A stretch of DNA of 64,000 nucleotides from positions 86,118,001-86,182,000 of the forward strand of contig OX597825.1 of the NCBI GenBank assembly GCA_951406725.2. Reading direction: 5' to 3'. Under the pieces are notes generated by a model. The model saw only the letters and a program-made list of their open reading frames with translations, was not told where the DNA came from and searched no databases. Source of the DNA: Octopus vulgaris (lineage: Eukaryota). Positions 54,579 through 64,000 of the stretch are shown here, one piece after another (position 1 is the first letter of the stretch; each line of letters opens with the position of its first letter). The position numbers and the translations under genes were made by a program.

Positions 54579-54970
54579 CAGGAGTGGCTGTGTGGTAGTT
54601 AGCTTGCTAACCAACCACATGGTTCCAGGTTCAGTCCCACTGTGTGGCATCTTGGGCAAGTGTCTTCTGCTATAGCCTCGGGCCGACCAAAGCCTTGTGA
54701 GTGGATTTGGTAGACGGAAACTGAAAGAAGCCTGTCGTATATATGTATGTGTGTGTATATGTTTGTGTGTCTGTGTTTGTCCCTCTAGCATTGCTTGACA
54801 ACCGATGCTGGTGTGTTTACATCCCCGTCACTTAGCGATTCGGCAAAAGAGACCGATAAAATAAGTACTGGGCTTACAAAGAATAAGTCCCAGGGTCGAT
54901 TTGCTCGACTAAAGGCAGTGCTCCAGCATGGCCGCAGTCAAATGACTGATACAAGTAAAAGAGTAAAAAG
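54579..54970 (+). mobile_element. tRNA-derived SINE family B, apparently full length
   Basis: aggagtggctgtgtgg...ggttcagtcccac head, accttgggcaag-type core, gactgaaacaagtaaaaga-type tail. Many partial copies (e.g. 11525, 13145, 15640, 25900, 52100). Confidence 0.8.
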
Positions 54971-57854
54971 AGTATAAGGAAAATTTGGCTGCTGTTTCTA
55001 GCAGGGCAAGTAACCTGTAAATGCTCCCTTGTTATCTTTCTTTTATCTTTCACTTGATTCAGTCATTGGACTGCAGCTCCCAGTACTATTTTTTAAGTCA
55101 GTTACTTTTCTATCAACATCTTTTGCTGAACTGCCAAGTTATAGGGATGTAAACAAACCAACATCAGTTGTCAAGGAGTGATAGGAAACAGACACAAACA
55201 TGAAGACACATGTATATGCAACGGGCTTCTTTCAGTTTCCGTCTATGAGATCTACTCTCAAGGCCTTTGGTCAGCCTGGGGCTGTAGTAGAAGACACCTG
55301 CTCAAGGTGCCATGCAGTGGGACAGAACCTGAAGGCATGTGACTGGGATGCAAACTTGTTACCACACAGCCAGTGCCTGTGCCTATTTAATTCAATTGCT
55401 ATTCATCTAAGTCTTGATTGTAGGAAAATGAAATCACTGTTTCCTTTGATCTTTCTTAATAACTACTGTTTATATGGACCATAAAACTTGTGGAGTGGAA
55501 ATGGGAAGTTGTAGAGTTGTGCCTTTACCAAAGTAAGGTAAACAGTTTTATTGGATTGAATTCCCCGGGCAGGCATATCACTACCTTCTCCATAACATCC
55601 ACCATCCTGCAGAGTGTTGTATGAAAATATTGAGCTGTAACTCTAATAGTAGCCACATGTTATTCCTCGTAGATTGAATTACCAAAGTCTGTTGGCGACA
55701 TATGGAAATAGAATCAGAAACACTCTAGCAAGACTGGATTGGTGGAGCAGTTAGTCATGTTGTTTGTCCTTTTGTTACAGACACATGAATGTAGCTGTAG
55801 TTCTCTGCTGTTATCATTGATAATGGCATGAAAATTAAAATTAATCTCTTGTTATGACTGCATGCATCGTTTGAAGATAATCTCTTCTTTTTTATTTCTA
55901 CTTAGTGCTAAGTGCCGAGTTGTGGTACACTTTTATTGAGCTGAGTTTTCAATCTGCTTATTTCTCAATTATAAACATCATTGGTGCCCTGGTCCATATT
56001 CCAGTTATATCACCATTGATATCCTGATATATTTTCCCAGTTACAGACATCATTGATACCCTCTGGAAAGCCGTGACTCTCACATAATCAATAGTCCTCT
56101 GTCGGCTGAGCTATCTGAAAGTTTAAGAATGTATGTCATGCTACCTACACAGAACTGGGTATCCATTAAACACACTTCATTCTCAAATGATTCAGTCCAT
56201 CTAACTATTGGTAGCTTCTCACCAAATACCAACAAATCACTACTGTAGCATTTGTTGAGTATTTTATTAGCCTGAGTTCAGTTCTTATGGGGGACTGAGC
56301 ATTTCATACACAGCTAGATTACATAAAACCCTCTCAGTGGTTCTCTGTAAGAAATACTCAATAAAAGCTTTTAGATGCTTGCCAAATTTTGTAAAGTTAT
56401 GGAAGAATATTACAAACATACACTAATATTTATTGACCAACCCTGATGGAACAGAAAATAAATTAATGTCCTCAGTATTTACAAGAAGGAATATAAAGTG
56501 CCAAACAAGAGCCCCTAAAGTCTGTAGCCTACTTTTCTTCCATTTCCACAAATTCCTCAACCGCAGTGTCATTTTTAATAGCAATTTGGATTTTGGCGTG
56601 TTTTATTTAAAAGACATACTCAGTGTAATCTACGCAGTAATTACTCTTTCATCTGCTTTGATGTATCTTATTGTCTATATTGATAAACTGATTCCATAAT
56701 CTGGCTTTGATTCCCCTTTTACTCACCTCCTTGATGTTAGTCTTACAAGTTTGACCATTATAGTTCCCATCTGTCTTTATTATTAAACATTTTCATTAAT
56801 TATTGATGCACAAAGCAGTGTGTTGTGGATAATGGAGATGGACTAAAAGTAAACATTTTTCTATTTCATTATTGATTTCCTTCCGAGTTAAGAACTGCAA
56901 AGAGTACCATAGAGTACCACAGAGCTAGAAGTATGTCGTCAGCGACGCCTGTCTGTAACCCATGCTCAACTCCCCCCTCCCCCCTGTTGCTTTTGAGTTT
57001 CATTCTGTGAACACAAGGTCACGAATGCGTATAAATGATTGCATCGTGCCTAGTATATGACTGGTACTTATACTGCTCTGGTACAACGAAGGATTAAGTA
57101 GACCATGGAGGAATTTCAGCTGAGAAATGCAAGTCATTCCCGTAGTCTGAAGCATCTTGTCTAACTTCTTAACTTTGTTATTATGAAGTTGGTGAGCTGG
57201 CAGAGTTGTTAGCATGCTGGGCGAAATGCTTAGCGATATTTCATCTGTCTTTACGTTCTGAGTTCAAATTCTGTTGAGGTCAACGTTGCCTTTCATCCTT
57301 TCGGGGTCGATAAATTAAGTACCAGTTGCCTACTGGGGTCGATCTAATCGACAGGCCTCCTCCTCCAAAAAATTTCAGGCCTTGTACCCAGAGTAGAAAA
57401 GATTATTATTGAGGCTACTAACTGACAATCCTGTAACTGATTCTTACTTAAGCATTGTGGTGTTTTTTAAGGAGGGAATTATGAGGAATGTGTTGCATTT
57501 ATGCTTCTCCCACTGGCATAAATTGAGGCTGCTGACTTGGCTTGTCAAGAACCTGCCCCCGCACACACAAACACACACACACATGTATGTGGTGGTAGGG
57601 TGGAAGCAAGTAACTAGACCATTAGCACTAGTTTCATTTAACTGCCTGAGCAAATGTCTGTGATTGTCAATAAACTGGTTGCGAAAGTGAAAGTAAGTGG
57701 TCATGTGATATCAACAGGACTTTGGTTGTCAATTCATGAATTGTTGGCTGAGATATGTTCATAACTACACCTTAGAAGTAATCAAACACTCTGCTTTCTA
57801 CACACTTAACCTCTATAGCTGACCCTCTACACTGCTCTGCAAATGTGTATTTCA

Positions 57855-59148
57855 TCATCATTATCAGTGTCGCTGTTTAACGTCCACTTTCCATGCTGGC
57901 ATGGGTTGGCTTGTTTGACTGAGAACTAGCAAGCTGGGAGGCTGCGCAAAGGCTCCAATCTGATCTGGCAAGGTTTCTACAGCTGGATGCCCTTCCTAAT
58001 GCCAACCACTCTGAGAGTGTAGTGGTTGATTTTTACGTGCCACCAGAATAAGAGCCAGTCAGGCAGCACTGGTATCGGCCACGCTCAAATGCTGCTTTTT
58101 ACGTGCCACCAGTACGGGTGCCAGTAAGGCAGCACTGGCGTCAGCCAAGCTTGAATGGTGCTTTTTATGTGCCACTGGCATGGGTGCCAGTCAGGTGGCA
58201 CTGGCATCAGTTACAACTACAATTTCACTTGGTTCAACAAGTCTTCACAAGCACACCATGTCACCCCATGATTGAAGGGTTCTTTCAAACGGGCCAGTTA
58301 TGTGACACTGGCATCAGCCACGACTACAATCTCACTTTGCTTGCCGGATCTTCTCAAGCATGGCATATCGCCAAAGGTCCCGGTCACTTGGCATTGCATC
58401 TGTGAGGCCCACTGTTTGAAGGTCGTGCTTCACCACCTCATCCCATGTCTTCCGGGTCTACTTCTTCCACAAGTTCCCTCCACTGTTTTGGGTGTGACAC
58501 TTCTTCACACAGCTGTCCTCATCCATATGCATCACATGACCATACCAGTGCAGTCGTTTCTCTTGCACACCACATCTGATGCTTCTTATGTCCAACTTTT
58601 CTCTCAAGGTGCTTACACTGTGTTGCGTATGCACACTGATATTACACATCCAGTTGCACATACTAGCTTCATTTCTTTCAAGTCTACACATGTTCTCAGT
58701 ACTCATGGCCCATGTTTCACCGCCGTGTAGCATGGCTGTTTGCACACAGGCATCATACAGTCTACCTTTCACTCTGAGCGAGAGGCGTTTTGTTACCAGC
58801 AGAGTAAGAGCTTTCTGAACTTTGCTCAGGCTATTTTTATTCTAGCAGCTATGCTCTCAGAGCATCCACCCCCACTGCTGACTTGGTGACCTAGGTAACT
58901 GAAGCTATGTGATGGAATCTGTTTTCTGTACATTTTTTATGTTTATTGCACCTGTGCATCTTGCATACAGAAAAACTGTCCTCCCAGTCAACCTTCCTTC
59001 GATATTGCTGCACCTCTTATGTGTCCATAGCTTACACTGGGTACATTTTACGGAGTTTCTACCTACGTCTTTGCTACAAATCAAGCAGAGCCATCTACCT
59101 GAAGGGATTTGTGATTTGTCTGCCTTCCTACTTACTAAGACTTTGCCA
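57855..59148 (-). mobile_element. RTE-clade LINE 3' portion (second copy)
   Basis: KGRLYDAC..MLHGGETW and RLHWYGHV; same family as 8889-10485. Confidence 0.9.
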
Positions 59149-59819
59149 GTAGTTGAATATTTTTGCAGATAAAACTGTAAACACACACATACACACACAC
59201 ACACACACTTTTGTGTGTGTGTGTGTGAAGGCAAATGGGTCAGTGGTTAGGGTACTCAACTCACAATTGTAAGGTTGTGAGTTTGATTCCTGGTGGCACA
59301 TTGTCCTTGTGCAAGACACTTCACATTGCTCCAGTCCACTCAGCTGGCAAAAACGAGTCCCTGTAATTGAAAGGACCGGCCATGTCACATTGTGTGTCCT
59401 GCTGGCAAGCAGGTTGCTCCATTGATCAGATCAGCTGGAACCCTTGTTGTAACCAAGTGTTGCTTTTTTTTTTTTTGATGATGATGTGTGTGTGTGTGTG
59501 CATAGAAAATAGATAGAACATGCTGCTGATGCTTGCTATGTTATTTGCAATAACATTCATTTTTTTCTGTCATGACCTGCACAAAATTTTATTAATAATT
59601 GGTTCACAGTTATTCTATTTCTGGTCCGATTTGAATTTTTTCTTCTGCAGAAGGAAGAGTAAGCCTTCTTCTATCATACTCTCAATTTTGGCCAACTTGC
59701 CAAACAGGGTCTCAGAGGAGATAGTGTTAGTTGAAGGCTACCAAACCTGCTATACACAAACAACTTCAGCTTTATATATATATGATGGCCATCCACTGGT
59801 GACCAAGGAAGACCATTGC

Positions 59820-60470
59820 TGACCTTTAGGAACATTCTGCCCTCTAGGACTAGCTTATATTTTCATTTGCAGCTCTGTTGGTGGCTAATGAGCCCTGCCC
59901 TTGACAAGCATACACGACTGCAAACATTGCAAACCAAGCTTTCCCCATTCACTACACTGGCAGTGAGCTTTCAAGCAGCACACTTAAGTTCTTCATGCTG
60001 AATCTGTGCTCTCTCAAAGGTGTCGACCCCCTCCTTAACCTGCTTCCTCCATCTGTAGCGATGACAGGCATTGCTCACCCAGTCAGTCTTCTGCATATCA
60101 CAGGCCTTTAATGAGGACTTGGTACAGTCCTTAAATCGCAGCCTTGGTTTCTGCCGGGGTCTCTTTCCATTAACAAGTTCCCCATATAGCATTTGTTTAG
60201 GAATCCTGCTACTCTTCATTCTGATAAAGTGTCCAGTCCCATGTAACTGGTGCTTGTGCACTATAGCCTCAATACTCGAGATATCAGGACCTGTGTGTCT
60301 GGAGTTTTTAAGGTCCAGCCAACATTCAGAATCTCAGACATCTCAGATGAAAGCATTCAAGGACCTTTATATGACATTCGTAAAGGGTCCGTGTATCACA
60401 TGAGTAAAGGAATGATGTCAGTGCACATGCACAGTACACAGCAATTTATGTTTGCCTTGTGATGCCATGC
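59820..60470 (-). mobile_element. RTE/BovB-like LINE relic (distinct family)
   Basis: RIPKQMLYGEL..GKR...KPRLRFKD. Confidence 0.8.
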
Positions 60471-60799
60471 TGGGAGCAGGCATGAGGCTGGAAGGAATCA
60501 GTTGCTCTTTGCAGCCTGAAAGATATTTCATCATCCGGGGAGTGCATGAGTGGGTGTATATATGCTTGGCTGTCTGTTTCTATTACCAACACCACAGCAA
60601 CATCTAGTCTGAAGAAAATAAGCACATCTATTTCAAATAAAAACTTATAAAGTGGTATCCTGGTGTATTGTAAAAGTTGAATGAAATGTCTTTGACCTTA
60701 GGTCTACAAGGATTGACTTGAAACTAAACAGCCACAATACAATTAGCAGCACAACAATATGATCGCCAAACTACCGTCAATACTTGCCCACTATCATTA

Positions 60800-61665
60800 A
60801 CATCTTAACCAATGCAAGCCACATCATCACTGCATTTCTTCTTGAAAGCAAAGATTGTCGTTATTTTTCTTGCACTGACGTAAGCCACTCAGGTTGCTCA
60901 CAGTAGATCTCCTTTGTTATTGTTTGATTTGGGTTTAAAAGTTCAAAGTAGGCTAAACCTTTCATATGCCACAAACAGATTACAACACTTTATGTGAGTG
61001 AAGCCCTTCTTTAGACTGGGGTGCTGGTGTTTCTCCTTTCCTTACCCACTGTTTTTCACACTTGATGTTTTTAGAGAGAACCCATTTCTCATCACCAGTT
61101 TCTATTTGGTCCAAAAAATATTCATTCATGAGAAGTGACAGCAAAGAAGAGCTTACATTCACTCTCTGCGCATGATTAGACTTGGAAAGTTTGTGAGGAA
61201 CCCATTGACACAATTTGCTGACTTTTCCGATGGCATGCAGGTGTTGATGGATGGTTGAATGACCAAATCCAAGCTCTCTGCTAGTTCCTCCAGGACGAGG
61301 CTCGTCTTCTTGGCTGTAGTTTCCGGCTCTGAATTTCTGGAACCACCGTTGACACTGACTTACGCTTATTGTCCAAACCCCGTATACTGCATTAATATTT
61401 CTCGTACTTTCCGTTGTGTTGTTGCCTTTATTGAACTCATAAAGCAAAATATGCTGAATATGCACCTTTGTCACCTCCTTTCTAGTTTTGAAAAAATAAC
61501 TGTTAATATTGAACTGCACTCTTCAAAACTTGCACTAAGAATAAGTACAAGGTAAAATTACTACCTGCTTTTATAGTAAGTTGATGCAGGTTGTTTATCC
61601 CGTCCCCCTCCAACTTTTAGTCCATGCAATTCGAAAAGCCACATTATTTATGGAATGACTCAATA
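60800..61665 (-). mobile_element. mariner transposon relic
   Basis: ORF 60980-61519 has LLYEF, QRWFQKFRAG, WVPHKL and TGDEKWV. TA plus TIR-like end at 61665. Confidence 0.9.
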
Positions 61666-62437
61666 ATTTATTTATTCTTAAATATAATAATATAAATTTT
61701 TTACAAGTCTTAAGTTATGAAACAATTAGTTGTGATATTTGAATTTTCTTATTTTTAAATAAAATTTCATCAAACTAGTTCTGTCATTTATGCCTTTATA
61801 TATCATCATCATCATCATCATCATTTAGCGTCCGTTTTCCATCCTTTATCTTTGACTTGTTTCAGTCATTAGACTGTGGCCATGCTGGGGCACTACCTTG
61901 AAGAATTTTAGTTGAATAAATTGGCCCCAATACTTTTCTTTTTTGTTTTAAGCTTTGTACAGTAGAAGACACTTGCCCAATGTGCTATGCAATGGGGCTA
62001 AGCCTTCTTGCCACACAGCCATATATATATATATGTATACTCACATTATATACTTTTTATATACAAGAGTGTAACACAATGATTGTTTTTCAAATCATTT
62101 ATATATATATATGTGTGTGTGTGTGTGTATATATTTATTTATATATATATATATATACACTTTGATTTTTAGCTAAAACACAAGTGGCCATTGAGCTAAG
62201 GAGGGAGTGTAATTTTAAATTGTTAACGATTTAAAAGTTTCCATAAGAGTGAAATTACAGACCATATCCTGAAATTAATGGTTATACTTTACAATATCCG
62301 TAAGCATGAAATCCCATAACCTGAGGTAGCCACAATATGAAGGACGCCTGTATGTCTTTAGTAATATCTACAGTCTTTGATAATATCTGCTGTTTTTTTA
62401 GGAATATCTACTAAGTGTATCTGTTGTGAAACATCTA

Positions 62438-63275
62438 CGTGGTGGTATCAAAAACTTCCCAGACTAGTTATGTTTAATACAAAATAACTTATTCACCTAA
62501 GTTTTAACATCGTCTCCTTTCCAAATAGTTACCTTGTGCAGTAATACACCAGTTCCTCCATTTTTGGAATCTAACCTGGAAGTCATTTCTCAGGAGCGAG
62601 TTGAGGACTTTCAGCAATTTACTCTTGATCTCGACAATGGTGGTGTTAAATGGTGATATTTGATCTGCATCTTGGGGAAGTGATGTAAGTCCACAGGTGC
62701 TAAATCTAGCAAATAGGGCAGGTGTGGAAACAATGTCATGTTGTTTTTGGCAAGAAGCTCACAAGTCTGGAGAGCTTGGTGATGGTGCATTGTCATCATG
62801 AAGAATTCAATTCTTTGCACTTCACAGATCTGGTCACTTTCACTGAATCTCCTCCCTCAAACACTTCAAAACATCATTGACTGTCCTCCAACGATCCTCA
62901 TAGAGCTGCTGATGAAGTTTATTCACATCTCCGGATGTTGACGCTCGTGGCAGGTCTTTCAGAATGCTCATTGTTTTCCAGAGATGTTCTTCCGCTTTCC
63001 AAGCACCCATGCTACTTGAAACATTGTGTACGACCCATTGCCCCTTCACCGTAACTTTGTCGAAGCATGCTCAATGACAAAAAATCCCAGACGACAGCAG
63101 ACACGTGATTACATAAACACAAATTTCACAACTTGTGAAGTAAACACAGTGATGTCACTTAGCACACTGGCTCATGAAGGTCACTCACTGCTAGCTCTCA
63201 CTGTGCATGCAGCTGTGTGCTGCCATCTGTTGGCATGCTAGAGAACTATTCTGAGAGCTTTTTGATACCACCTTG
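62438..63275 (-). mobile_element. Internally deleted mariner with both TIRs
   Basis: TA|CGTGGTGGTATCAAAAA ... TTTTTGATACCACCTTG|TA, and a decayed HPPYSPDLAP motif (HLPYLLDLAPVD). Confidence 0.85.
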
Positions 63276-64000
63276 TAACTTTTATTCTCTCTAACTCATG
63301 TTATTTATTTTTCTTGTTCATACTATTATGTTTGGATGATCGTAGGTCTTCCAGCTGTGGTAAGCCCATCTTTTATATGAACATGCTATATTATCCAATA
63401 TCTGCTGTTTTTAAATACAGTAAGGTATAATTTGTGGGAGATTTGGCAGCTATTTCTAGTAGGTTCAACAACCATGTAGAGCGACTCCTTTCCTTTGTTT
63501 TAATTGTAAGAGCCACTTGAGTGCTGGAATATGCTTTACATGTAGCACCTAGTATGGTGCCTCAGTATTTGAAGTTCAAATCATAGTTACTTGTTGTCAC
63601 TGAAATAATTAAATGTTATATACCAATGTTCATGCGATAAAAAAATGATGTAACACACCATAGAGCACATGAATTAATTAATTCTAGATATAACTGTACA
63701 TTCAGCCTTGCTCTAAAATAATTTTGTGGTTATAACCCCTGGAGAGAGCATGCTGCTCTGATAACTTAAGGATTGTGATTTCAACCTAGTTAGAAATACT
63801 ATTTTGGAACATGGCTAAATACACATTCTTACTTAGACTATTTGGGTTATACAGTTTATGGTATGTGATGTAATTTCATTGGTTCACTTAGTATCAGATA
63901 TATGCGACTCTAATTTACTGTGGATTTCTGTAGATGTTAAGAACCTAAGAGAGTGTATGTGGCTCCAACTGAGCTGATGACACTTGACACCCAATTAGGA

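Overview
Eukaryotic, AT-rich, microsatellite- and SINE-dense genomic DNA whose repeat complement looks like an octopus genome (taxon inferred). Two genes sit head-to-head around a CpG-retaining promoter zone at about 35.4-36.7 kb. On the minus strand is DAP3/MRPS29: a probable 5'UTR exon ending at 35386, coding exons 23855-23661, 7595-7491 and 1510-1402, then a U12-type intron running off the window. On the plus strand is ASH1L/ash1: first coding exon 37351-38127, then an intron of more than 25 kb. The introns hold tRNA-derived SINEs, RTE and L1/Tx1 LINE remnants, Tc1/mariner relics and Penelope-type pieces with hammerhead-ribozyme motifs. The strongest leads are the DAP3-ASH1L divergent pair, a tRNA-headed Penelope/hammerhead chimeric element with a fold-back 5' end and 11-bp TSD, a recent ~500-bp inverted templated insertion in the ASH1L intron, a ~1-kb TGACAG/TAATCC array, and a 9-bp-TSD MITE near the promoter. 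Gene and family assignments come from recalled sequence similarity, not database searches. Repeat boundaries are approximate unless a TSD or TIR is quoted.
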